A stretch of DNA of 63,342 nucleotides, the filler included, from Basidiobolus ranarum (lineage: Eukaryota): assembly GCA_040143965.1 (NCBI GenBank). It is 48 parts of 48 records of this genome, joined end to end, with 100 filler letters (N's around TTAATTAATTAA, not from the genome) between each part and the next. Parts side by side here need not be neighbours in the genome. Positions count along the whole stretch, not along the records: positions 48,962 to 50,179 come from JASJQH010012830.1; positions 50,280 to 51,496 come from JASJQH010012831.1; positions 51,597 to 52,813 come from JASJQH010012832.1; positions 52,914 to 54,130 come from JASJQH010012833.1; positions 54,231 to 55,447 come from JASJQH010012834.1; positions 55,548 to 56,764 come from JASJQH010012835.1; positions 56,865 to 58,080 come from JASJQH010012836.1; positions 58,181 to 59,396 come from JASJQH010012837.1; 40 more parts are not named here. One strand, 5' to 3'. Of this stretch, positions 50,022-62,127 are shown in pieces. The notes beneath the pieces are model-generated. The model made no database searches. It was not told where the DNA came from and saw nothing but the letters and a program-made list of their open reading frames with translations. Positions within the stretch are counted from its first letter, which is position 1, and every line of letters begins with the position of its first letter. Made by a program: the position numbers and the translations under genes.

Positions 50022-50440
50022 GTAATAGGTGTATATTTGAATAGAAAGTGCATCAGTTATGAGGGTTAACGGATACTAGCACCTAGACACCTAAATATCT
50101 ATATCCTTTGTGAGTGTTCTAAAATTCCGTGATATTCCAAACAATACAGTACAACATTGTATAAAATAATGTATACGTANNNNNNNNNNNNNNNNNNNNN
50201 NNNNNNNNNNNNNNNNNNNNNNNTTAATTAATTAANNNNNNNNNNNNNNNNNNNNNNNNNNNNNNNNNNNNNNNNNNNNTCAATAGCATCATTAGATTTA
50301 GCAGCAGTCCGAAAAAGAATCGATTGTATTGCTGTTATTGTATCTGTATATATATACATTCTGCTTCCAACTCATATAAAAGTAAACCCCAGATAATTAC
50401 ACGACTGTATTACATATCACTTCCTGTTCTCACTATCAAC

Positions 50441-51496
50441 ATGGCCTTCAACCCACCACCAACGATGACCACTACTAACGGTGACCCCGTTGAAGACAAC
50501 CAGAACAGTATGACTGCAGGCCGCAAGGGACCGATAGTACTTCAAGATTTCCATTATGTTGAGAAGCTTGCTCACTTCAATCGCGAGCGTATCCCAGAAC
50601 GTGTTGTTCATGCCAAAGGAGCTGGAGCCCACGGTTACTTTGAAGTAACTAAGGATATCTCGCATCTCACCAAGGCCAAATTCCTCTCTGAAGTAGGTAA
50701 GCGCACACCAATTTTCACCCGTTTCTCCACTGTTGGAGGAGAGAGTGGATCAGCTGATTTGGCTCGTGATCCTCGCGGTTTCGCAGTTAAATTCTATACC
50801 GAAGAAGGAAATTGGGATATGGTTGGCAACAACACACCAATCTTTTTCATTCGTGATCCCATCAAATTCCCTGACTTCATTCATACTCAGAAGCGTAACC
50901 CCAAGACCCATCTCAAAGATCCTGATGCTTTCTGGGATTTCTTGAGTCTGTCACCTGAGACAATTCACCAAGTGCTAGTCTTATTTTCCGACCGTGGTAC
51001 TCCTAAAGGTTTCCGCCACATGAATGGTTACTACGGCCATACACTGAAGTTGGTTGATAAAGATGGCAACTTCAAATATGTCAAATGGCACTTTAAGACA
51101 GATCAAGGTATCCAGAACTTCACACGCGAAGAGGCTACCAAGATGGCTGGTGAGAACCCAGACTATGGTACCGAGGATTTGTATAATGCCATTGAGAAGG
51201 GTGATTATCCATCATGGACAGTACATATTCAAGTCATGGAGCCTGAGCAAGCTGCTAGCTATCGTTTCGATCCTTTCGATATTACCAAGGTGTGGTCTCA
51301 TAAGGACTTCCCTCTTCAAGAGGTTGGTAAGATGGTATTGAACAGAAATCCCGAAGATTACTTTGCCGAGACTGAGCAAGTAGCATTCTCACCCTCCAGT
51401 ATGGTTCCCGGTATTGAACCTTCTGTTGACAAGATGTTGCAAGGAAGAATTTTCGCCTATCCTGACGCCCATCGCTACCGTTTAGGTCCCAATTTC
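50441..51496 (+). CDS. Monofunctional heme catalase (small-subunit type), 3'-truncated
   Basis: [56 protein letters not shown] at 50441; no intron in the visible part. Confidence 0.97.
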
Positions 51497-51596
51497 NNNN
51501 NNNNNNNNNNNNNNNNNNNNNNNNNNNNNNNNNNNNNNNNTTAATTAATTAANNNNNNNNNNNNNNNNNNNNNNNNNNNNNNNNNNNNNNNNNNNN

Positions 51597-52813
51597 CTGA
51601 AAAACCTGAAGTCATATACTGTTTGCACATAAGTGGCAATGACTGAATCAGGTAAATATCGTGCATATTTGGCTTACATACTGTTAATTCCCCATCTTAA
51701 AGTTTTGATGAAATCACCCAAATATAGATCATTGATCCAATACCAAAGTACTCACTGTAAAGCTGATGTTATTACCAATATACTTGATGGATATCACTAC
51801 CAGAATCTGAAAAGTGAAGGTTTCTTTGAGAACATGTATGATCATGCATTGGCATTGGCTCTGGATGGTCTCTCACTAATCAAATATACCATTGGAAAGG
51901 CTTGCTGGCCAATAATTTTAATCAACTTAAATCTTCCTCCTTCTGAACAGTATAAGAGTCTTAGTATTTTGATACTATCCATCATATCTGGACCTAAATC
52001 ACCAGTGCTTATAGATAGCTTCTGGGAGCCTTTAATTGCAGAATTTGAACTGCTATCTAATGGGGTTCAGATGGGTGAATATTTAATTAAAGCTAATAGC
52101 ATTGTATGTTTTGGTGACATTCCTGCCATCAGTAAACTTGGAGGTTTTAGCGGGCACAATGCACTATTTTGTTACAATATCTCCATTAAAGCTCACCATT
52201 GTACTAATGTTGGTGATTCATCATTCTTCCAGCTATCTGGCAGATACCTAGCAATATTGTGCCACTCTGTATCAAGTTCTTCCCAAATATTTGGACATAC
52301 AACATTAGACTGAATTTGAAGTGAAATGTTTGTCATCGGAAGTCATTTTCTGCATACTTGTCCCGTGTTTTTTCCTTTTTATTCTAGAAAATGATTCTGA
52401 GGCACTTTTACTACTTACATAACTCCTTGCAGTTTGACACAACTAAGGTTGTTTTCTGGTATTTGTGTGGCTTTTTGTTTGCCTTTAAGTCTGTGGCTAA
52501 TTTCAACAATTTGAAAAGTACCAGTGGAGGTTGGAGAGCCATGTGTTTTATTAGTTGGAGTGTTAGCTTGTTGGGAGCTGCCAGGTGTTATATAAACTTC
52601 TACCTCTTACAAAAATAAAATTGATTTGATCCGGATCGGATCCACCCTCCAAAATAGCAAAACCGTCAGAGAACCGTCACAATATCTTTGGCTTGCATTC
52701 TGCCAGGGATTTTGATGATGTGATGGCGGTTTCTTGATGGTAACTTGGCGGTATTCATACATGTTAAAATATTGATCCTCAAACTTGGCATGCGTTATTC
52801 AATATCCAGCAAT
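51597..52813. mobile_element. CMC transposase core (plus, to about 52170) fused to ORF2 (minus, to about 52603), then a nested terminus at about 52604
   Basis: LALDGL...CWPIILINLNLPPSE...SGPKSP...GDIPAISKLGGFSGHNA; ORF2 homology; CTCTTACAAAAATAAAATTG terminus. Confidence 0.87.
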
Positions 52814-52913
52814 NNNNNNNNNNNNNNNNNNNNNNNNNNNNNNNNNNNNNNNNNNNNTTAATTAATTAANNNNNNNNNNNNNNNNNNNNNNNNNNNNNNN
52901 NNNNNNNNNNNNN

Positions 52914-54130
52914 AAAACATATACAAACATCTACTATCACAAAGAGGTAGTGATATCCATCATCAATGGTTGTGAAAGGTCCAGCTAGATCAATAGCAAT
53001 ATGATCCATAAGGAGTTCAGCATTTATTGCAGTCAAAGGGTGAAATCCATGGTGTGTGATATTGTTAAGTTGACATTCTCTGCAAGACTTTACACAATCA
53101 AGGCAGTCAGACTTGATGTTGGGCTAGTGTATCCATTAGAGTGCAACTTCTCCACAAGTGTATTGGCTCCAAAGTGTCCTGGTAGGTGGCATTGCTGAAT
53201 GAGATTGTTCCTTTTGTTTTGCCATGGGCAAATTCTGGAATCTTGGTCTTGCTGAGATATTGAGTTGGTAGTAGCTGTAAGTTTGCTGATTACATCATTA
53301 ATCACATGTACCTTCCAGGGGGAAGTTGGAAAAATTCTGGAAAGGTGATCAGGTAGAACATCAAGAATTCCAGGGTGGTGAATTATTGTATAATCATAAC
53401 CCAGTAGAGTATCCAGCCAGTTGGTCAGCATTGATGCTGGAGTTTTCTGTGTATGAACGTAGACAATTGCCTGGTGGTCAGTGTAAAGAGTAAAATGACT
53501 TCCTCAGAGATATTGATGAAAATTCTTGAGGGCAAACATAATGGCTGGTAATTCCTTCTTGGTAGCAGAATAACTACATTTAGCAGGCTGCAAAGATCTA
53601 GCTTGGAAAGAAATCCAATGAGGTGGATTTTGGTCTTCATCCTGGTAAAGAACTGTCCCTAACCCAACATTAGATGCATCAGTAGCAACAAAGAAAGGCT
53701 TGGAAAAGTCAGGATAAGATAGAGTAGGAGCTTGGGGAAGCATTGTGCACAGTGAATCAAAGGCTTGATCATGTACTTTGGTCCAAACTGAGGGTAGATT
53801 TGGGTTATGCCGTAAGGAATTGAGTGATGCACTTAGCGATGAGAAAAGTGGCATATGTTCCCTGAAATAGTTGAAGACTCCAAGGTAGTGTTGAAGTTGT
53901 TTAGTGGCAGTGGGCTTAGGCCAATCCTTAATGTTGACCAACTTGACAGGATCCAATTGGTGGCCGGTAGGAGTAACAATAAAACCAAGTAGGTTGATTT
54001 TAAGGCAAGCAAAGCTACATTTTCAGCATTCAGGATAAGTCCAGCAGAAGTAAGATGGTTGATAATATCAGTAACATGGGTTGCATGATCAGCTCTATTA
54101 GTTGAGAAAATGATAACATCATCAACAAAC
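52914..54130 (-). mobile_element. Ty3/Gypsy RT-RNase H-integrase start (second family)
   Basis: FVDDVIIFS, YLGVFNYFR, ATDASNVGLG, YSATKKEL, CHLPGHFG. Confidence 0.95.
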
Positions 54131-54363
54131 NNNNNNNNNNNNNNNNNNNNNNNNNNNNNNNNNNNNNNNNNNNNTTAATTAATTAANNNNNNNNNNNNNN
54201 NNNNNNNNNNNNNNNNNNNNNNNNNNNNNNCAATAAAAGGGAAAGAAGGCAGGAGAAACTAAATGGATAATGGACTAAAAGCCAGGTGTGTAGGAAGATA
54301 AGAAATTTAAAAACAATAGTCATATCAAAGATATAGCTGGTAGTCTATCTGACATTGTGATAG

Positions 54364-55447
54364 TGTGGAAATTAGCATTACTTAAGAACCTATATAGTCA
54401 TATATAGCTTAGTACTTAGCTATCTTTTAATTTTCGAAGACATTACCCACTATGCTCTAACAGGTATTACTTGAAATATTTATACCAACTTAGAAGTTCT
54501 CAGATATGAAGATTTTTCAAACTTGTGCTAGAAGCCCCCGACTTTGCACACTTGTTCCTGAGACCTTCCTTAACACATTGTACACTTTAGTTTGCTTATA
54601 TCTTGACAAACTATAAATATCAACTTTTTACTCAATAAATTAATAAGTGAAAGCCACCAATATCTCTGATTCTCCAAACCACTTCCAACAGGCTCCTAAA
54701 TACTTTAACAGGTTATGAGTCCCAAGCTTGCACTCTATGCAATGTCTAATTCTCAAATTTATGGAACTTTTCCCTCTTCTGATGAATTTATCAAGTTTGC
54801 AAAATATATAAAAGCAAAGTTTTACTCTGGGTTAAAAAAGAACAATGTGCCTTCAACACAATTTGTCTGAATGTTAAAGACAAATTACTAATTCAATGTT
54901 CAAGGGCTAAAACTGCTAAGAAGGCATGGAAAGCCTTAGAAGACAGCCACTAAACATGTTCTGCAATCAAGAAGATGTTTCTAGCAACACAATTCTTTAA
55001 CTTAAAGATGTAGCAAGGACAATACTTTAAATCACTAATTAATAGCAATGCTACTTTGGTGGATGAAGCAGTATACATTGTGTTGAAGTTTATTGTCTTT
55101 ATCATGTTTGTTATCTCTATCTTTATACACCTAGCTATTTCATATATCACATATAAGTTAGTTAACATTACTTAGTTGAATATCACTTGGCAGAAAATTG
55201 GAACATACATTATATATATATATGAATAATGTGAGAATTAGCAATTGCATATTGGAAATTTCAAACTTGTCCAAATTGCCCCAAAGATAGCTCATTTTAC
55301 TCCCACAGATGTTCTGAACACAACCCCAGTGTTAGATTTCTGTATTTCCACCAAAAAGTATAAATGCTTTATTTCTGGACAATAAACAATTATCTCACAA
55401 AGCTATTCACAACTCCACTTTTCTAAAGTTCCTCCAAACAGCCCATA
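54364..55447 (+). mobile_element. Copia-A 5' LTR (54364-54710), PBS (from 54711) and gag, then an inserted LTR-C (55081-55447)
   Basis: TTTAACA-GGTTATGAGTCCCAAG; gag matches 9295 onward; TGTTGAAGTTTATTG at 55081. Confidence 0.9.
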
Positions 55448-55547
55448 NNNNNNNNNNNNNNNNNNNNNNNNNNNNNNNNNNNNNNNNNNNNTTAATTAAT
55501 TAANNNNNNNNNNNNNNNNNNNNNNNNNNNNNNNNNNNNNNNNNNNN

Positions 55548-56764
55548 AACATGAGTTTGTGTGAATATTTCCACCAAAGGCCACCATTGTATCAATGTTG
55601 CTGAATCAACATTCTTCCATCTATCTGGCAGATACCCTGCAATATTGTGCCACTCTGTATTAAGTTCTTCCCAGATATCTGCACTGTCAACACCAGACTG
55701 AATGTCAAGTTGAATGTTTTTCTTCTCAAGCCACTTTCTGCATACTTGCACTGTGTTTTTCCCTTCATACTTTGGAAAATACACCTGATGCACTTTGACT
55801 ATTTTTGTACATCTTTGTAGTGTGACACTACTGAGGGTGCTTTGCAATGTTTGTGTGGCTTTTTGCTTGCCTTTAACTTTGGGGCTAATTTCAACACTTT
55901 TTAAAGTATCAGTTGAGGTTGGAGAGCCATGAGTTTTATTTGCTGGTGTTTGGCTTGTTGAGGGGTGCCAAGTGTTGGACAAACTTCTGAATTTAGCACT
56001 CTTCTAGCTGGTGTACCCAGTTCCATGGTGAAATTAAGCTTTTTTGCCAGTATATCTGACTCTGGAATTGCAGATCTTCATAATGGTGTGAAGAATTTGA
56101 TAAGTGGGACAGTAGAGCCTAAACTCACTGGCCCCTTTGCTTTTCCCTTGGGTTTACTAACTTTCTGCTTCTTCAGTACTTCTTTAGCTGCTTTTCTTTT
56201 TTTTCCAAGTCAATAATTGCGTATATTTTTGAGACGTTGCATGAATAGGCCTATACTAGCCCAATTGCCATTTGCTTGCAAAAACCCAGGATAAGCCACA
56301 TAAAATAAGTCAAGAGCCTTCAGAGTCACACCTTTTTTATGATTGGCTCAAATCCAGGTGATTTTGAGCACAATTCTGCACAGTTTCCAAAATGTTAAAC
56401 CACTCATCATCAGAGCAAGTGAAAGCAGCTATGACATTCAGAGTCTTTTGGTTTGCTGGTTTTCCTATGAGATTTCTACTTTCATGTGCCCAAGCAATTT
56501 TGGGTTGTTGTGTAGGCTGAACGGTCCAACACATATTCTGCTCTGCTAGATTGTCACAGTAATGTTCATATGTATGGTGTGAGGTTCATTGAAATCCGAT
56601 ATGAGAATGGAAGGAGGGAGTAGCATGTTGCTGTAGCTCAAGAACAGCATTCTGAAGGTCTTGTATCATTGTGGAGTGACACACTAACTGTTGACTAGTT
56701 GCTTCTGAAAGCTAAATTGATTGCCATGTTGTGGTATTATTGCTTGTCATGGCCTGTATAGCAA
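55548..56764 (-). pseudogene. CMC ORF2, longest visible stretch
   Basis: DDEWFNILETVQNCAQNHLDLSQS...YPGFLQANGNWASIGLFMQRLKN, a basic linker, then the CRKWLEKKNIQLDIQ domain. Confidence 0.82.
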
Positions 56765-56864
56765 NNNNNNNNNNNNNNNNNNNNNNNNNNNNNNNNNNNN
56801 NNNNNNNNTTAATTAATTAANNNNNNNNNNNNNNNNNNNNNNNNNNNNNNNNNNNNNNNNNNNN

Positions 56865-57688
56865 GCATGTTGAAGTTTGCTTTTTGGCAGATGAAGATAG
56901 GTACAGTGTGCTCAAATCCTTGTATGTTGATGGGAAATGCATGAATGACTCCTAAAAGTGAAGAGACTCCAGTGTTGGCATCATGCATGTTCTAGTGTAT
57001 GTCAGTATCCATTGGGAGCAAGTGTTTGCATGGTAATGACTTATAGAAGTCCATTGGCATCACACAAATCTCTGACCCACTATCAAAATGGCAATATATA
57101 AGGTCTCCATGAGTAGTCCCACTAACTATGGCTATGGCCACTGAGTAGTATGTGAATGTAGGTGTTTCCTTGTTCATCTTAGGAAGTGGTTCATCATGAG
57201 TTGTCTGTATAATCTTGCAGTAGGTTGATCTATAGGTTGTCTCCTACCACATATGTTGTCATCTAGATTCTTTCTGACTGTTGGTGAAACACTCACAAGT
57301 TCCCCAATTATTACAGAGAGGCAAGAGTCTAAGTTCCTCTCAGTCAGAGTCTCAGGATCCACCTTCTTACTAATCTTGGATTGCATCTGATAGTCAGGCT
57401 GTCAAGGTCCACCTTCAGTGGCTCTTGGTGTTGGTTTTGGAAAGTTCTCAATAACAACCTCTAACTCAGAAAATCTTGCCTTTTGTATACCAGTAGGTCT
57501 TAGATCCTCAGATGGAGAAGCTCTCTTTGTTGCAGAAGCTTAAGCTAAGTGAGAAAAATCATCTTCATTGTCAGATTCCAATGTTTGGTTCTGGTGTTTG
57601 TCAACCGCAAAGTGCTGTGTATTTGGGTCAGGGTCTTCAACAGTTGCTCTTCTGGTGTTGTTAACTGATGGGCAGTAAGTTGCTTTCA
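56865..57688 (-). mobile_element. Ty3/Gypsy gag-protease fragment
   Basis: FDSGSEICVM aspartic protease motif; upstream IGELVSVSPTVRK. Confidence 0.75.
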
Positions 57689-58080
57689 CTCTAACAAAAA
57701 TAAAATCGATTTGATCCAGATTGGATCCACCCTCCAAAATAGCAAAACTGTCAGAGAACCGTCACAATATTGCTGGCTTGCATTCTGCCAGGGATTTTGA
57801 TGGTGTAACGGCAGGTTCTTGACAGTATCTTAATGGTATTCATACATGTTAAAATATTGATCCTTAAATTTGGCATGCGTTATTCAATATGCAGCAATTT
57901 TTGCAAAAATATAATTTTTGAATGGCAAATTACTGGGTTTACTGCTGTATGAATTCAAATTAATATGCCTGCCTTTATTTAGATATTTTAGGCTTTGTAT
58001 TCCAGCCATAATGAGAATCAAAAAATACAAGAATCTTGTTGTGTTTAGTCTCTACATATGCACATACATGACTGATTAGA
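57689..58080. mobile_element. CMC transposase-side end
   Basis: CTCTAACAAAAATAAAATCGATTTGATCC. Confidence 0.9.
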
Positions 58081-58569
58081 NNNNNNNNNNNNNNNNNNNN
58101 NNNNNNNNNNNNNNNNNNNNNNNNTTAATTAATTAANNNNNNNNNNNNNNNNNNNNNNNNNNNNNNNNNNNNNNNNNNNNCCTTTATGCTTTATGTTAAT
58201 CCTAGTCTCATTCCACTAATTTTCATTGTTGACAAACCATTTTTACCTTTGTTACTCCCTCCCACTCCATTTAACAGTGTCTTAGATTCAACGGACTTAA
58301 CTTTTCTGCTTTGCAACATTCATACAAATACTCCACATCTCCATACATTAGTTAAGAAACTACAAAAGTAGTTATGGCTTCTTTGTTTTGTTTGAAATAA
58401 AGATTTCACCTTTTGGTGACTGTCTCCCCCCTATCCCTTGATTACATTGGTCATCAGGATAAGTATGGATATGATCCAGCATTGTCACAATATCTTAAAA
58501 GATTGATGTCTTGATTGTCACTTTGTTTAGATTAGTGTTTGAGATAAATAAAGTCCAAACCATCTGGGG

Positions 58570-59396
58570 CTTTTCATCCCTCTCTCAGAATCTGCTGATG
58601 ATATTGATGGGCTATACCTAAAATACCAACCTTATGTAGGAGGTGCTCTTTTTTCTATAATATCCTTCCCATCCTGCAACACAAACATTTAAAGAAGCCT
58701 TGCTATTATTGTCACAAATTTGTATGCTGTGAAAGCCAGAGGCTTCATAGAAAAAATAAACACAACCATGGTCACTGTACAAAGCCTCCAGTGGCACAAA
58801 GCCTGGTGTATAACAACCATAATAAGTGCACTAAATTGACTTTAGTTTTGATCATTGAGTCCACTAACTGTACTTTGCCTCAAAGTTTTGATAACACTGC
58901 CAAAAGTTCAGATACTGTGGAGTTACCACAGTTATATGATCAGGATGATATAGGTAGCAATGCAACTTTGATCAAACCAATAAGTCCAGACAACTTTCAG
59001 GACTTGGTGCTAGATGTTGACCCTGGTTATTCCAGTACTGATGGTAGTATATCAGAAGTTGAAGAAGAAGATGATGGTTTAGTTATAGACTATTTGTTAT
59101 TGGAAAATAGTAGTCCACTCATCACACTTACTGTAAAGGAAGCAGCTTTGAATATTGAGGAGTGGAGAGTTCAATCCAATCTTGGCAACCAGGAGTTTAT
59201 TGGTTTTCTTGCACTTTTGTCACAGTTGATTGGCAACTGTTGTTTGCCACAGACCTGGTACAAGTAGAAAAGACTTGTCAATTGTATGACTTATAATCCT
59301 TCAGTAATTAAACTACCTTGATGTCCAAATGGTTTTTTGACTTTCACTGGTGCTCTAAAACCTGAAGTCATGTACTGTTTGCACACAATTTGCAAT
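58570..59396 (+). pseudogene. CMC transposase N-terminal region
   Basis: ORF 58791-59267 ending CCLPQTWYK, followed by CPNG. Confidence 0.87.
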
Positions 59397-59496
59397 NNNN
59401 NNNNNNNNNNNNNNNNNNNNNNNNNNNNNNNNNNNNNNNNTTAATTAATTAANNNNNNNNNNNNNNNNNNNNNNNNNNNNNNNNNNNNNNNNNNNN

Positions 59497-60522
59497 CCAC
59501 CTTCTTACCTGTGATCTCAATTGGGGACAATCTGCCCTGATTGACCAATTCCAATATGGACTCCAAGTAAATATTATGGATCCTTTACTCACTATGGCTG
59601 ACCCAGTGAGCTTGCTTGATGCTATTCACCAGGCAGTTAAATTTGACAACTGGTTTTTGGAAAAACAACAACAAAGATATATGGCTCCTTTTTTCTCTCC
59701 TTCCTCATCTACTTTTGGACCTCCCTTCCATCAAACACAAAATACAGCTCAAGCAGATGATGCAATGCAAATTGATGGAATTTGCTACAGAGAGCTTAGC
59801 CCTGAGGAGAAATATTGATGCCAACAAGAGAATCTCTGCCTGTATTGTGGAGCTCCTGGACATGTAGCAAGAACCTGTCCAAAAATGAATCCTGGATTTA
59901 AGATCAACACTCTGCAAGTAGAAGAGAACTCTTCCCAACCCTCAGAAAACTTCAATACCCAGCTGCAATAATGAGCATGCAGTTGGGCAAGCCATCTTCA
60001 AAGATGTATCTTTACCATACATTGCAATCTCTGTGGTCATATCAATCATTAAAGCTGCCCATTACTCTCCTGCGACCATATTCCCAGTCAATGATAACAA
60101 CTGCACCTCTTGATTTAGGTGCTTCCTTCTGTTTTATTGACTCTGCCTTTGTATAATCGTACTCTATTGCACCAATCAAGAAATCTAGTCCAGTTCTTGT
60201 TGAAGTACTTGATGGAAGGCTGCTATCATCAGGTGCTGTTACACAAGAGATGACCTTTATCACACTCATGTCCACTATTCATCAAAAAGAAATAGCCTTT
60301 AATATCATTGCTATACTTCACCACCAAGTCATTCTTTATTTCTCATGGCTCTTGCAGCACAACCCAGTAATCAACTGGAAGAAGAAGATATAACATTCAA
60401 GCAAACTCCAACTGCTAGTCCATATTTGCCAACATGTAAAGTATTCAACTCATCATCAGCCCAACTCCTAAAAACAACTATGAAGCCAATATCTGTTGAC
60501 AGTATTGCTGAAGAGCTGAAAC
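59497..60522 (+). mobile_element. Ty3/Gypsy (sushi-like) gag-protease, degenerate
   Basis: DDAMQID, CLYCGAPGHVARTC, LDLGASFCFID, WLLQHNPVINW; its 3' end matches the reverse complement of 35640-35665. Confidence 0.9.
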
Positions 60523-60835
60523 TGTCATGATTCTGATCTCAGCATACTGATCCACTACAAACAGAACTTCTCTATTATTAGATTATGACATCATTTCTGC
60601 TGTGTCATCCTGTCTTGGCAATCTGGTGTCAGTTCATCCAGATAACCTGATATGGAAGTCATGTTCATTGGAACATTCCATGAAACCTAACCAATCGTGT
60701 CATCTCACACAGNNNNNNNNNNNNNNNNNNNNNNNNNNNNNNNNNNNNNNNNNNNNTTAATTAATTAANNNNNNNNNNNNNNNNNNNNNNNNNNNNNNNN
60801 NNNNNNNNNNNNCTGGCTAATTTCCTAAATTTCAT

Positions 60836-60905
60836 CCTGGATGGGATTGGAACCCATCACCATCAGTGTGATCAGTTTCACCACAGCCACTAGGCCATCA
60901 CCAGC
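60836..60905 (-). promoter_or_regulatory. tRNA-derived Pol III-type A/B-box element
   Basis: A box TGGCCTAGTGG; T-arm GATGGG-TTCCAAT-CCCATC; no clean acceptor stem. Confidence 0.55.
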
Positions 60906-61539
60906 TTATATGAGTATTGAGGCTGGTTCCTGAGGTGAGTGCAATTTTGGGACCTGATTCACTGATAAATTGACTAATTAATTTTATATCCATGGTGCTA
61001 TTTTTATAGGGTTGATCAGGGGAAACTCAAGTGGCATTCCTACCAGATTTGGGAGTGTGCTAATTTTGAAACATGTTTGTAACACTGATGGCCTGTTTCC
61101 GATATCTTGTAACTTTTGTCTCCATAGTTGGTTTGTTTCAAAATTTATACCTAAAGTAGAATGATAGTTGGGTATAATTTCCCTCAAGTTTTGTAAGGAT
61201 TCATCTGGTAGTTATGGAGATATTTGCATATCTTTGCTTGTTTTGGTCATTTCATGATGTGTGGGAAAGGTGTAGACATAAAACTGGGGGATGGGCAAGG
61301 TTAGCTTATGCATTTTATGTGTACAAAATATTGTGTTGTTTGAGACATTATCTTGTCTCTAAAATTGCCATTGCTTTTGTCTTATAATCCAATTTTGTAA
61401 AATATCCCCACACTTAGATATAATTCTTCTCCTGAAGAAAAATTGTTTTTATTCCACAAGTATGTGGATTTGTCCTGTTCTGCCAGTGGTAACTTAGCTT
61501 TGATGAGGTGCTCTCTATATACTAAAGTTGGTTTGATTG

Positions 61540-62027
61540 TTCATTTCCTATCCCTGAGTTGATAGATATTGAATGGATGTTTTTGAACTACTTCAAATGG
61601 ACCACCTGGGGTCAAACTTTAGTTTAGGTTCATTTTTGTTGAGTACGTATTCTCCTTCTTGGAACTCTGAGTGCTTTATGGCTCTATCAAAACAAATTTT
61701 CATATTTTCTGATGCTTCTTTTGAGCAAGATATGGCTGCTGCTCTGTGTTGATTAAGTTCTTTCATACCCCTAGCTCAATATTCTACTAAATCTTCAGGA
61801 TTCCTAAGATCCCAAAGGTTGGGTCTGATGGTGTCTCCAGGGAGTATGGGATGTCATCCATACACCAAAAAGAAAGGTGATAGACCTGTTGTAAAGTGGA
61901 TTCTAATTCTACAGGCAAAGAGGGCTTGTTGCACAAATTGTTACCACTTGTGTCCTGCTCCTTTACATTACTTTGTGAGCATCCTTCCAAATAAACCATT
62001 GAATCTTTCAAAAGCCCCGTTAGTTCT
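61540..62027 (-). mobile_element. Gypsy/Ginger-type integrase C-terminal part, degenerate
   Basis: Hand translation RTNGAFERFNG...ALFACRIRIHFTTGLSPFFLVYG; GPFEVV at about 61600. Confidence 0.88.
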
Positions 62028-62127
62028 NNNNNNNNNNNNNNNNNNNNNNNNNNNNNNNNNNNNNNNNNNNNTTAATTAATTAANNNNNNNNNNNNNNNNN
62101 NNNNNNNNNNNNNNNNNNNNNNNNNNN

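Noticed and set aside
50324-50440. 40-aa N-terminal extension of catalase in the ORF track
   Set aside because: It starts at TTG and spans AT-rich, TATA-like promoter sequence; the ATG at 50441 fits catalase N-termini.
1230-62127. Regularly spaced TTAATTAATTAA repeat resembling an array or CRISPR
   Set aside because: Always embedded in N runs of fixed length; it is an assembly linker.
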